In this document: positions 1 to 12,770 of the stretch, in pieces
How the letters are laid out: each line of letters begins with the position of its first letter
How positions within the stretch are numbered: the stretch's first letter is position 1
Source: Octopus vulgaris
Lineage: Eukaryota
NCBI GenBank assembly: GCA_951406725.2
Contig: OX597842.1
Location: 29,016,001 to 29,080,000, forward strand
Direction: 5' to 3'
DNA length: 64,000 bases
The notes under the pieces: generated by a model
What the model saw: the letters and a program-made list of their open reading frames with translations, nothing else
Told to the model about the DNA's origin: nothing
The model's database searches: none
Position numbers and translations under genes: made by a program

Positions 1-40
<40 letters not shown>

Positions 41-81
41 ATGTACGTACGTACGAATGTATGTGTGTATGTATGTATGTA

Positions 82-114
<33 letters not shown>

Positions 115-296
115 GTGTGTATGTATGTATGTGTGTGTATATGTATGTATGTATTTGTGTATGTATGTATGCATGTATGTATGTACATATGTATGTATGT
201 GTGTATATATGTATGTATGTATGTGTGTGTATATGTATGTGTTTGTGTATGTATGTATGTATGTATGTATGTATGTATGTATGTATGTATGTATAT
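1..296. repeat. Compound (TA)/(TG)/(TATG) microsatellite; similar large tracts at 4390-4700, 5400-5680, 13685-13922, 40025-40492, 50005-50200, 55860-56030, 59825-60280, 60658-61070
   Basis: Direct inspection; these produce the YI/VC/HT pseudo-ORFs. Confidence 0.97.
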
Positions 297-716
297 TCTT
301 TTATTCTTTTATTTGTTTCAGTCCTTTAATTGCGGCCATGCTGAAGCATCGCCTTTATTCAAACAAATCGACCCAGGACTTATTCTTTTGCCGAACCGCT
401 AAGTTATGGAGACATAAACATGCTAACATCGGTGTCAGTTCTCACAGGTTGTACGGTGTACACACATACACATACCACATCCACACACACATATGTGTGT
501 ATGTGTGTGCGTGGCCCTTCCTAATGTCAACCACTCTACAGTGTACTGGGTGCTTTTTATGTAGCTCCAGCACCAGTGATTTTTACCTGGTACCAACACC
601 AATGGTTTTTTTATGTGGTACCAAGGTTTTAGGATATTAATTCTGTGGAGGTGGGCAGGTCATCTTGACTACAGCAATGTACCACATATTTCTGTCTTTT
701 ATTATCTCCTTCCGGA

Positions 717-950
717 AGGCGGCATGCTGGCAGAATCGTTAGCACGCCGGGCGAAATGCTTAGCGGTATATTCGTCTGCCGTTACATTGTGAGTTCAAAT
801 TCCACCGAGGTCGACTTTGCCTTTCATCCTTTCGGGGTTGATTAAATAAGTACCAGTTATGCACTGGGGTCGATATAATCGACTTAATCCCTTTGTCTGT
901 CTTTGTTTGTCCCCTCTATGTTTAACCCCTTGTGGACAATAAAGAAATAA
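717..950 (+). mobile_element. tRNA-derived SINE family C (Meta-domain-like body)
   Basis: TGGCAGAATCG / GAGTTCAAATTCC boxes then GTCGACTTTGCCTTTCATCCTTTCGGGG..AAATAAGTACCAG. Confidence 0.7.
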
Positions 951-1270
951 GAAGAGTGAAATGTGTTTCTTTTGACATTCACAACAACAACTAACATATT
1001 TTGCATCTGGTTCTCCCCTGATATATTGGGAACAAATATGCAAATATTTGTAGTGTCTAATTTTACATCCACTACATCGAATGTGTGTCATCTACCAAAT
1101 CCACTCACAAGGCTTTCATGAAACCAAGACTATAGTGAAAGTCACACACCTAAGGTGACATGCAGTGAGATGGAACCCAGAACCATGTGGTTGGGAAGAA
1201 GGCTTCTTATGACACAGACTACCTTCATTATTCTACAGTTTTGTTACAAGTAATCCCTGAAATCAATGTA

Positions 1271-1549
1271 TGTTCATACCAGAGAGAAGCTGTATCATGT
1301 TCATATCTGTGGTAAATAATTCTGTTAAAATAGTCACTTGACTAATGGCTTCAGACAAGAGAGAAGCCATAACATTACAATATCTGTTGTAATTTATTTT
1401 CTGTAAATGGTGTTTTAATTATACATGAATATGTTCATACCAGAGAGAAGCTATGTCACGGTTATATTTGTGGTAAATCATTCTCTCGTAGACCTAACTT
1501 AACTGTATGTCAATGCATTCCTTCAGGAGAGAAGCCATGTCAGTGTGAC
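1271..1549 (+). pseudogene. Decayed C2H2 zinc-finger array
   Basis: Repeated VHTREKL..HICGK-type units (HTGEKPY linker derivatives) with stops; cut by the RTE tail. Confidence 0.7.
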
Positions 1550-3278
1550 ATCATCATCATCGTCATCGTTTAACATCCGTTATCCATGCTGGCATGGGTT
1601 GGACGGCTCGACTAGGGTCTGGGAAGCCAGGAGGCTGCACCAGGCTCCAGTCCGATCTGGCAGTTTCTACAGCTGGATGCCCTTCCTAATGCCAACCACT
1701 CCATGAGTGTAGTGGGTGCTTTTTACGTGCCACCAACAGAGGAGGCTGGTAATGGCCACGATCGGTTGGTGCTTTTCACTTGACACTGACACAGAATCCA
1801 GTCAAGGCGGTGCTGTCATCAGCCACATTCGGATGGTGCTTTTTATGTGCCACTGGCATGGGTATCACGACTACAATTTCCATTTGATTTTCATTTTGAT
1901 GTTGATGTACTTGACTCAGTAGGTCTTCTCAAGCACAGCATGTTGCCCTACGATCCAAGGTACTTTTGAGTGAGCTGGGGCTGGTTCTGTAAAACTGGTG
2001 TGGGATACAGCCGTGAACTCACTTTATTTGCTGGGTCTTTGCAGTCACAGCATATCTCCAGAGGTCTTGGTCTTTCGTCATTGCCTCTGTGAGGCCCAAC
2101 ATTCGAAGGTCATGCTTGACCACCTCATCCCATATCTTCCTGGGTCTACTTCTACCCTGGATTCCTTCAGCTGTTTGAGAGTGGCACTTCACACAGCTCT
2201 CCTCATCCATCTGTTGTACATGACCATACCAGTGCAAACGTCTCTTTTGCACGCCACATCCAATGCTTCTTATGTCCAGCATTTCTCTCAGGGCACTTAC
2301 ACTCTGTTGTGTGTGCACACTGACATTACACATCCAGCGGATCATGCTAGCTTCATTTCTTTTGAGCCTACGCATGTTCTCAGCAGTCATGGCCCATGTT
2401 TCACTGCCGGGAAGCATGGCAGTTCGCACACATGCATTGTACAATCTACCTTCCACTCTGAGCGAGAGGCCCTTTGTCACCAGTAGGGGTAGAAGCTTTC
2501 TGAACTTTGCCCAGGCTATTCTTATTCTAGTGGTAACACTCTCTGAGCACCTGCCTCCACTACTAACTTGGCCACCCAGGTAGCGGAAGCTATCAACTAC
2601 TTCTAGTTTCTTCCCCTGGAGTGTAATGGAATCTGTTTTCTGAGTATCAATGGTGTCTATTGCCCCTGTGCATCTGCTGCACACAAAAGCTATCTTCTCG
2701 GTTAATTTTCCTTTGATATTGCTGCACCTCTTATGTGTCCATAGCTTACACTGGGTACATCTTATGGAGTTTCTACCTACACCTTTTCTACAGATTGAGC
2801 AAGGCCACCTACCTGAAGGGGTGTGTGGTGAGTTTGCCTTCCTACTTACTAGAACTTTGGTCTTTGCTACATTGACCCTAACACCTTTTGATTCTAAACC
2901 TTGCTTCCACACCTGAAATTTCTTCTCTAGTTATGGTAGTAATTCTGCTATGAGGGCCAGGTCATCAGCATAGAAGAGCTCCCAAGGGCAACCTGTCTTG
3001 AATTCCTCTGCTATTGCCTGGGGGACTATGATGAATAAAAGGGGACTGAGGGCTAATCCTTAGTGGACCCCTACTTCTAACCGGAATTCTTCACTATACT
3101 CATTGCCAATTCTAACCTTACTAATGACCTCTCTGTATAGGACCTGTACAGCCCTTATTAACCATTAGTCAATCCCCAGTTTCTGCATCGCCCACCTGAT
3201 AAGGGATTGCGGGACCCTGTGAAAGGCTTTCTCCAAGTCCATAATAGCTATGTATACGGGTTTATCTTTGGCTACATT
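1549..3278 (-). mobile_element. RTE-clade LINE, 3' portion (RT C-terminus and 3'UTR), decayed
   Basis: ORF 2019-2912: VNVAKTKVL..LEVVDSFRYLG..RIRIAWAKFRKL..GSETWA..RRLHWYGHV..GRSRPRKIW; ..YADDLAL motif upstream; (GAT)n tail at 1549. Confidence 0.92.
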
Positions 3279-3293
3279 AGTGTTGCAGATTTC

Positions 3294-3330
<37 letters not shown>

Positions 3331-3331
<1 letters not shown>

Positions 3332-3738
3332 TCTTTTACTCTTTTACTTGTTTCAGTCATTTGACTGTGGCCATGCTGGAGCACCACCTTTAATCGAGCA
3401 AATCGACCCCGGGACTTATTCTTTTTGTAAGCCCAGTACTTATTCTATCGGTCTCTTTTGCCGAACCACTAAGTAACGGGGACATAAACACACCAGCATC
3501 TGTTGTCAAGCAATGCTAGGGGGACAAACACAGACACACACACACACACACACGCTTATATATATATATATATATATATATACGACGTGCTTCTTTCAGT
3601 TTCCGTCCACCAAATCCACTCACAAGGCTTTCGTCGGCCCGAGGCTATAGCAGAAGACACCTGCCCAAGGTGCCATGCAGTGGGACTGAACCAGGAACCA
3701 TGTGGTTGGTAAACAAGCTACTTACCACACAGCCACTC
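3331..3738 (-). mobile_element. tRNA-derived SINE family A; other copies about 297-435, 1090-1215, 5682-6080, 16323-16670, 18008-18752, 19958-20297, 21498-21865
   Basis: Minus-strand head TGGCTGTGTGG (A box) ... GGTTCAGTCCC (B box), CCTTGGGCAAGTG core-like segment, internal microsatellite, conserved tail. Confidence 0.88.
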
Positions 3739-3741
3739 ATA

Positions 3742-4010
3742 TATACAAAATAAGAAAATGGAGAAATACATCGAAATCAAATATCAATTACCAGATAATA
3801 CCCAATCACATACTTTAGTAAACCACCACAAAAGAAACTTTAAGGTCATTACTGCTTTATGTACACTCCTTTATGTACACTATTTTGTTCTACTTTATTA
3901 TGTTTGTCCTTAAAGTTTCTTATGTGGTGGTTTAATAAAGTATGTGAGTGGGTATTATCTGGTAATCGATATTTGATTTGGATGTATTTCTCCATTTTCT
4001 TATTTTGTAT
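3742..4010. repeat. Inverted repeat (about 100-bp arms); same family as 40491-40620
   Basis: atacaaaataagaaaatggag...ctttaagg mirrored by ccttaaag...cttattttgtat. Confidence 0.8.
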
Positions 4011-4194
4011 TATGAATTTGTGGTAAAACATTTTACCTTTGCCCATATAATACAGTAAATGAATTAATTGCATCGCAATTCTTAACATTTATGTATTAAC
4101 TTTGTTGGGTGCTTCACTTGCAGTATATTGGATATATGTTATCCCATGGAGGGTTGCATTTACAACCCCTATCTCAATTTGTATATATATATAT

Positions 4195-4389
4195 TGTTTA
4201 TCGCTCGAAGATTGATCGTTATTTCTAAAGGGCCAATCAAACAAGTCCATTTTCTTTAAAGGTGTAGCGTTTGTAAGAGTCTAGATTGAATTGATATATC
4301 GGTTCCATTCTAGCAAAAACTGTCTCTGAATGGCAACGAGAAACTCAGAGTAACAGATTTTGTTGAATTTTCTGCAGCTTTAAATAAAG
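4195..4389 (+). mobile_element. Single-arm fragment of the same PLE family with a decayed hammerhead (4315-4361)
   Basis: Near-identical to about 63212-63409; core mutated to CTCTGA; next to (TA)n. Confidence 0.75.
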
Positions 4390-4445
4390 TATATATATAT
4401 ATATATATATATACATACATATGTATGTATGTATATATATGTATG

Positions 4446-4575
<130 letters not shown>

Positions 4576-4581
4576 TGTGTG

Positions 4582-4635
<54 letters not shown>

Positions 4636-4649
4636 TGTATATATATATG

Positions 4650-4698
<49 letters not shown>

Positions 4699-6084
4699 TA
4701 CATGTATATAAATTAGAGAAGAACCACCATGTAGCAATTCAACAATGATATACTTAAATCATACCATAGAGAAAAAAATTAAAGATACGATAAAACATTT
4801 ACCTAGAACTAAATAAAGTAGAAAATAATTAATAAATAGTATATAATTAGTGAGGATGTGTTTCAGTTTTCATTTGTGAATGTATGTTTATGCACATGTA
4901 ATATATTATATATATGTAGTGGATTTGGCAAGCATGAAGTGGATTCGATCCACCACAGCCAAATTTAAATTAACAATGCAACAGAAGATAGAGATATAAG
5001 CACAGTTATATGTGCAGCCTAAGAACAAGCATTAAGGACTAACTGTGTCAAGTGCAGAATAGACAACAACAACAACAACAGTAGCAGCAGCAGCAACAAA
5101 TACAATAACAGCAGCAGCAACAGCAACAGCAACATGGTTAGCAAAATAATTTGAAATTTTTCTTTTTTTCGTTGCCATTTTGGGTTTTTTTGAAAGGGAG
5201 CGAGGGTGGGGCAGGAGCAGGTGTAGGGCTGGCGGGGTTCGTTTTGCAGAAAGATCAACTCCTTGATATTGAAATGACAAAGTTGACCTTTCGGTGACCT
5301 TTGCAGAGGTCAATTTAACAGTTTAATAGAGAAGATGGCAACTGGGAGAATATGATTGAACAAGTTTTATACACACTGCACTTATGTTACATCATTAGCT
5401 GTGTGTATGTGTGTGCATATATATATATGTGTGTATTATGTGTGTGTATATGTGTGTGTGTGTCTGTATATGTATGTGTGTGTGTGTCTGTATATGTATA
5501 TATGTGTGTGTGCATATATATGTGTGTGTATATATATGTATATGTGTATGTGCGTGTGTGAGTATATACGTGTGCGTGTGTCTGTATATATATATGTGTG
5601 TGTGTGTGCGCATGTATGCATATGTATATGTGTGTGTATCTGCATATGTATATATGTGTGTGTGTATGTATATATGTGTATACTCTTTTATTTGTTTCAG
5701 TCATTTGACTGTGGCCATGCTGGGGCACCACCTTTAATCAAGCAACTCGACCCCAGGACTTATTCTTTTGTAAGCCCAGTACTTATTTTATCGGTCTCTT
5801 TTGCCGAACAGCTAGGTAACGGGGACATAAACACACCAGCATCGGTTGTCAAGCGATTCTAGGGGGACAAACACAGACACACAAACACACCCACGCATAT
5901 ATATATACATATATACGACGGGCTTCTTTCAGTTTCCGTCTACCAAATCCACTCACATGACTTTGGTTGGCCCAAGGCTATAGTAGAAGACACTTGCCCA
6001 AGGTTCCACACAGTGGGACTGAACCCAGAACCATGTGGTTGGTAAGCAAGCTACTTACCACACAGCCACTCCTGCACCTATATA

Positions 6085-6405
6085 AAAAGGAGCACTCTGT
6101 CAGTTACGACGACGGGGGTCCCAGCTGATCCGATCAACGGAACAGCCTGCTTTGCTTGTTAGATTCCATGCAAGTGACTGAGTACTCCACAGACACATGG
6201 ACCCCTTTACATAATTCTCAGGGAGATTCAGTGTGACAAGCCTGGCCCTTTGAATTGCTGGTACAACTCATTTTTGCCAGCTGAGTGGACTGGAGCAACG
6301 TGAAATAAAGTGTCTTGCTCAAGGACAGAACACATCGCCAGGAATTGAACTCACGACCTTACGATCATGATCTGAATGTCCTGACCACTAAGCCATGTGA
6401 CTTCA
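6085..6405 (-). mobile_element. tRNA-derived SINE family D; related heads about 46760-46870 and 31270-31375
   Basis: Minus-strand TGGCTTAGTGG..GAGTTCAATTCC..CCTTGAGCAAGACACTTTATTTCAC. Confidence 0.65.
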
Positions 6406-6770
6406 CTAAAGAAAAAATGTGTGTGTGGAGGTGCAATGGCCCAGTGGTTTGGGCAACGGACTCACAGTCGGATCAGATTGCGGTTTCAATATGTGTGTGT
6501 GTGCGTGTATGTACACATATTGATATGTGTTTAGGTGTATATATATGTATGTCAAACATTGAATGGTCAACCACCTGTTCTTTTAGAAACCCAAGGGAGT
6601 GCCAAGTGAAGAATGGCCACAACATTTTCTTTATATTTTTATTTTTATATTTTATTTTTTTCCCTTTCTTTCTTTCTCATTTTCAAGAACACACAGTACA
6701 TGTATGAATGTTTATGAAAATGTACACACACAATAGGTTCCTCCATGTGTGTATATATGTGAGTGTATGT

Positions 6771-6821
<51 letters not shown>

Positions 6822-6916
6822 TATAAGTTAATCCAAACAAGAAAGCACAAGAAAACACAACAACGCGAGGACGTGGAACAAGTATAGTGTTATTGGACGC
6901 TCAGGAAAGAAGGAGG

Positions 6917-6951
6917 GTTTAACGTTTCAAGCGGAGCTCTTCGTCGGAAAC
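6917..6951 (-). ncRNA. Minimal hammerhead motif within a PLE-like remnant (about 6820-6975)
   Basis: Minus strand GTTT-CCGACGA-A-GAGC(TCC)GCTT-GAAACGTT-AAAC; stem I GTTT/AAAC, palindromic AACGTT; next to (TA)n. Confidence 0.55.
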
Positions 6952-7292
6952 ATAGGAGAAGGAAAGATCCAGGTACATAGCAACACACCTACTATTGAAA
7001 AACAAACCCTCTTTTTCCTTCTCTCTTTCCATTTCTTACAAGGGTCATCCAAAAAATACAAAAACACCCAAAAAAAGAAAAAAGAGAAAAATACACAGTT
7101 TTAAAACACACACACTCACATTCTCTCTCTTTCACCTTCTCCATCCCTCTATCTCCCTATCACTCCCTCTCTCTCTGTTTCACCTTCTCCCTCCCTCTAT
7201 TCCCCATTATATACACACACACACACACTCTCTCTCTCTCTCCCCACTTCATTTACCAATAATATAAAAACAGGCAAAACTTTTAAAACTGA

Positions 7293-7335
7293 CATTTCTG
7301 ATGAAACTACAGGAGTAGTTGAAAGCGTTGATATG
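7293..7335 (+). ncRNA. Minimal hammerhead motif, unrelated family
   Basis: CTGATGA-AACTAC(AGGA)GTAGTT-GAAA-GCG-TT with a perfect 6-bp stem II; stem I weak. Confidence 0.55.
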
Positions 7336-7364
7336 AAGTAATAATATGTGATATATAAATAAAT

Positions 7365-7672
7365 GTGGAGGCGCAATGGCCCAGTGGTTAGGGCAGCGGA
7401 CTCGCGGTCATAGGATCACGGTTTCGATTCCTAGACTAGGCTTTGTGAGTGTTTATTGAGCGAAAACACCTAAAGCTTCATGAGGCTCCAGCAGGGGCTG
7501 GTGGTGATCCCTGCTGTACTCTTTCGCCGCATTTTTCTCTCACTCTTTCTTCTGTTGGCCTGCTTGCTTAGCCAGTGGGGTGGCGTCATTTAAAGGCTAA
7601 AACAATGCGAAACGCATTGTGACCAGCGATGTGTAGCAACATCTGATAGCCTGGTCGGTCACAGTGATCACG
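7365..7672 (+). mobile_element. tRNA-derived SINE family B; inverted copy 21195-21488, fragments about 6425-6490 and 50520-50775
   Basis: TGGCCCAGTGG A box, GTTTCGATTCC B box, body shared with the reverse complement of 21195-21488. Confidence 0.85.
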
Positions 7673-7775
7673 TTGATATATATATGAATATATATTTTCA
7701 CAACCATCCAGCATTCTGAACATCTTTTTTCTTTCATATATATTAAATCTGTACATCACCCCCAATACTTCTAAT

Positions 7776-7824
<49 letters not shown>

Positions 7825-9209
7825 AGGTAATGGTGTCATTGAGACCCAAAGTCGTCAGGTAATGCTGAATAAGTGCCATAGACTGACCATAGTTAAGTTC
7901 CAGGTTCAGTGATTTGGGGAATAAGGGGTTCAACGTTGGTCATCTGTCAGTGTGTGTAAATAAGAATTTTTTGCGTAATGCGATAAAAAACCAAGTCTGT
8001 GTAGATATTAGAACATTTATAGATAGAAGGTCTTACACCTGTTTCCAGGATATTTATTAATTATATTCCTTCATTGGAGATGATGTGGGAGGATTGTTAA
8101 TTAATAGTTAATTTAGATAGGATACAAAATAGAGAGTGAGGTGGAGGAAAGAAAATAGATGTGAGATATGTAGGGGTATTGAATTTGTAGATCCCTTTTT
8201 TAGGCAGAATGGTAGATATGTAAGATTCCAATACTTTGTGAGAAAAATCCAGCAGTATTTAAAATTGTTTATTCCAAGTATAAAGTTTATACACAATGTA
8301 AGATTCCAATACCTTATGAGTAAGATTCAACAGTATTTAAAAGTGGTCATTCCAAGTACAGAATTTATACACTATGGTTTTTTTAATATCATTATGCAAA
8401 AAATTCTTATATATATATACATATACATATATATAAAAGTAATCAATTTAATGTCAGATTATAGAGTGATCAATGGTTCTGCATTCACAAAGCATTTGTA
8501 GATGCAAAACATTTGGTCACTCTATGACTGGACTTCAACTCAATAACTTCAATAAATTACTGCCCAATGTTTACACACACACAAACATATATATACATAT
8601 ATAAATTTTACTTTCAATAGCTAGAAGTGAGACATACTTCTGATGACCCCCACACACACATATAACTCCATCCCCAACCTCTTGACACCTTCCATACATC
8701 ATCTCTTACTTTGTGAGGGTTTTTCCCCTTGCATCTTCTCACCAACATCTTATTTTCATCCCAGATGCTCCCATCCACTCTTAGGTAAAAGTATGTTAAC
8801 TGTGTATCTTCCCTATAGCAAAACATTTCTTCCTCGGTGCAAAATCACATCCCAGGCCCTTTATTAAACTCTCTCCTCCCACTTAGCGAAGAGAACTGCT
8901 TTTTCTTTCTCCTATTTTTTCATATCTTACAAGTTACTTGTCAACCCCTCACTGGTGCTGGTAGTAAGAAACAAGCCCCCAGTGCACACTGCGAAGTCGT
9001 TAGCGCTAGGAAGGGCATCCAGCTGTGGAAACAATAGCAAAGTTGACATGTATTGATGAGGAATATGAGGGAGGGAAGGAGAAAGCAGGAAGGAAAGACG
9101 AATGGATGGATGGTTGGACGTGTACGTACATAGATAAATGTACACGGACATTCTTAAGTACAGACAAACATGTTTATATCACTTTTAATTAAACTGCGAC
9201 CATCCCGAA

Positions 9210-10694
9210 GTATCAGCTCGTAGGTTCCGTTCAGGAATGGAACACCAGAACTTATTTTTCGTTTGGTAGTTATAGTGTTGGAGTCTTTCGTTGCAGGAAT
9301 GTAAACAAACTAACAATGGTTTTCGAACACTTATGGGAGAAACACACACGCGTCTCCATCCCACCTCGCTCCATCATCACTGTCTGACAAGTTTTGTTGG
9401 TTTCTTTCCGTACCTGACGCTTTGGGGGTTCGGTAACAGGATAGCGTAAAAGAAGCAACAGACACGAAAAGAAGAAGTCAGTTTCTAGTTTTCTATCTTT
9501 TGTCCTCATTCGGATTGTTTGTTTGTTTTATTACAATTCACATTTTCAGAAAGTAATTATAGCAATAAAAATCATAGAATTTACCACTTGAGTTTTAGCA
9601 TCAGACAATTGTGGAATAATATAAGGTTTACAAAGGTCGGATATTTAGTTCGTTTCGTTGACATTCCGTGTCGCTTTTCTGAAGTGTCCTTAACTTATAT
9701 TTCCCGCGAAATCCAATCCTTCGGGTGATTAACGTTAATCCACATTAAACTGGATTTATTTATCATAAGAGGTAAGATATAACACATTTCTTTAATAAAA
9801 GCCAATGAACCCGGCTACTTGACAGTGAAAGTATTAAATATTGCTAGTCTGACATCGATATAAATTCTTTAATTAGGCGAATAAAATCTAAATTGTATTT
9901 TCTTTGGTATTGCCACGAAAAAGCACCAAATTTTTAATTTCTTTTATTACAGTAAATATTCCATTTGCTAATTGTCCCCATCCAAAGCCGTCTATTGTTT
10001 TATCTTAAAATTATCACTTGCTACATATCTCTGCTGTTTTTCTCACAAAATGATCCACGTTAATAGTTTAAATGTTTTTTTCTCCGTTGCAATCGTCTTG
10101 ATTGCTCTCATATATATAATCAATTAATCCCAATTATAGATTGTATATTCTAATTAAAGTGTTTGGTTGTTCGCTGGAATTGAGCGGATTAGCAAACGTC
10201 GCTTTGTTGTTCCTGTGACTGGTCAGAAGCGTGACAAAGCGACATTGCTTCCACTAATTGAAAAATACATCAAACCTGGCTCAGTTATGTACAGTGATTC
10301 TTGGACGGCTTCCAAAGATATACAAACGTTGGGTTCTTAGCATTACATGATAAACCATAAAGAAAACTTTGTTGACAGCATACATGCACCCGGCGATTTT
10401 TAATAGCCTAGTATTCCTTCAAACTATCTACCCCTGTACCTGGCCAATTATTTATTTATCTCTGCTAGAGAAAAATGAATGATGCTGCACCAATTTTTTT
10501 AGCTTATATTTTGACTTCGTTACCCATTAAAAGAATTGCATTATGTTTTTAACGTATCTCTCTGTTTTTATATAATATATTGCGTGTGTAGGCATGTATA
10601 AATTTATATATAGAGAGAGATTTTAAAAGTGTGCCCTATATATGGTTTTCTTACCTGGCAACCCTATCCAAACGTGTCCCTTATGAGCCGATAC
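9210..10694 (+). mobile_element. Merlin (IS1016/ISXO2-like) DNA transposon remnant; transposase fragment about 10161-10380
   Basis: VWLFAGIERISKRRFVVPV..RDKATLLPLIEKYIKPGSVMYSDSW..*HYMINHKENFVD; imperfect inverted ends GTATCAGCTCGTA / TATGAGCCGATAC. Confidence 0.7.
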
Positions 10695-10839
10695 AATTGA
10701 TGATACAGCATAGAATTCACACTTGATCAATGTTTGATAAAAGTTACACATTTCTCCAAACTAATCTACAATAAATGTTTGTCTTGAAGTTTTATAATTT
10801 GATGACATTTTTTAATATACAAAATACCTGATATTACAA

Positions 10840-11198
10840 AAGATAACTCTGAGCACCTTTTCAAACTCCACCTGTCTAACACCCGTGGACAGAAAACAGC
10901 ACAGCTCCCATGACTTTCAGAAACATTTTTTCATGCTAAGAGTTGCTGAAGCATGGAGCAAACTGCCAGCATCAGTTGTTAGTTGTTGGAGCACTGCATC
11001 CTTCAAAACTTCCATGCTTCCTGAGATTTGCCAACACTACACTTGATTTTCTCCTCTCCATACACATGCATGTATGTATCTGACTCGTACACTGTTCACT
11101 TCCCAGACATTTGTACATTACAGCATATACTTTATATGCACTGTCTGACAAGTTATGGTGCACCTGAGCACTGTATACAATAATTTCATTATTATTAT
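10840..11198 (+). mobile_element. CR1-like LINE 3' end with (ATT)n tail
   Basis: NTRG..FFMLRVAEAWSKLPASVV..SFK motif and 3'UTR. Confidence 0.6.
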
Positions 11199-11529
11199 AG
11201 ATGCTAAGATAGAGTGATGAGAGATAAACGAAGGGATAAGTTTGTTCATTAAATGCTAATGATGGTGGTTATCTAATGAATACGTGATGGAGCCATTGAG
11301 TAGATGGTAGCCATGTGAGAGGGAATGTGTGGAAAATGTATTTCCTAGTCACTGATAAAATGTTAAAATATAACAATGGTAGGAAATACTTGACAGAAGG
11401 TCTTCATTGACAAAACCCCACAGAGGCAAGTCTTTTGCTCCCTAACTTGTTACATTCTACCACCTATTTCTAAGTTAGCACTCGCTCTCCACTCCACATT
11501 TCACAGCATCTATTTCCTTGTATTTATTG

Positions 11530-12460
11530 CACATGTACATCTCCTACTTTTCGTGTTGACGTTCCTCTAATATTGCTGCACATCTTATGTATCCATAACT
11601 TGCACTGGCTACACCTTATCGAGTTCCTGCATATTCCTTTTCCATATTTCAAGCAGGGCCATTTCCCTGTAAGATTTCTCTGCTTACTAACTTACTGAGT
11701 CTTTGGTCTCTGTTAAATTAACTCTAAGGCCCACTAATTGCAGACCCTGCTTACACACCTGAAATTTCTTTTCTCTTGCTGGTATTGATTCAGGTGTAAG
11801 ATGATCAGCATAGAGGGTCTCACAGGGGCAGCCCAGTATATGTGTGTGTGTGTGTGTGTGTCTGTATTGTGGTTAGTGACTAAATTATAGTGATGTTTAT
11901 GTTTGATCTGTAGTGGGTGCTTTCTCAAGGCACTTTGACCTCTCATAGATACATTCACGCAGCAGAGAAACGATATTCTTGTGAAATATTTGTCTAAAAG
12001 GATTGCACAACATTTACTGAATCTTGAGTCTGTGTGCTGCCCCAGATTCCTGAATTCTGTTCTCATCACCTTCTTCTAAGTAAAATGCATTTGACCTCAT
12101 CTATTTTCTGTACATTTCTTGTGTTTATTGCACGTGTACATCTCCCACACACAAAGACTATTTTCCATGTTGACATTCCTCTAACATTGCAGCACCTCTT
12201 ATGTGTACGTGGCTTGCATGAGGTACACCTGATGGAGTTTCTACTTTTGCCTCTTCCACATGTGAAGCAGGGCCACTTCCCTGAAAGGATTTGTTTGCTT
12301 TCAAACTTATTAAGACTCTAGTCTTTGTTCCATGAAATATAAGTTCCACAAATTGCAGTTCTTGCTTCCATACCTGAAATTTCTTTTCTCATGCCATTAT
12401 TTATTCAGCTAAAACAAGAAGGCAATCAACATAGAGGGGCTCCCAGGGGCCTCCCAACAT
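11530..12460 (-). mobile_element. Two older RTE fragments (about 11530-11840 and 12100-12460)
   Basis: Degenerate similarity to 2690-3000 (WPC..C, HKRC, KTRVL). Confidence 0.65.
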
Positions 12461-12603
12461 TAGGTTTAATGTCGGATTATAGAGTCTTCAATGCTTCTGC
12501 ATTCACAAAGCATTTGTAGATGCAAAACATTTGGTCACTCTGTGACTGGACATCAACTCAATAACTTCAATACATTTACTGCCCAATGCTTACACACAAA
12601 CAT

Positions 12604-12770
12604 ATCTATTATATAAAATCCGTTATGTCTGTCTGTCTGTGTGTCTTCTAGGATCTCGGGCATCCTCCATCCGATTGCACTCAAATTTGATATGTAGATA
12701 CCGTCGGTGTGTATAAGTCTTTAAAAAATTACAAAAATTGATTGCAGGTGAGAATTCGATCAGGAAAGCC
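12604..12770 (+). mobile_element. Helitron-like non-autonomous 5' end; similar termini on the minus strand at about 20330-20529 and 20840-20945
   Basis: TCTAT(A)TATATAAA start followed by (GTCT)n. Confidence 0.45.

Noticed and set aside
17-640. Long YI/VC/HT-rich ORFs here and at 4.4, 5.4, 13.6, 40, 50, 56, 60 and 61 kb
   Set aside because: Translations of (TA)n/(CA)n/(TATG)n microsatellites; no coding signal.
7365-7440. tRNA-like sequence
   Set aside because: Has A/B boxes but continues into a SINE body; no complete cloverleaf.
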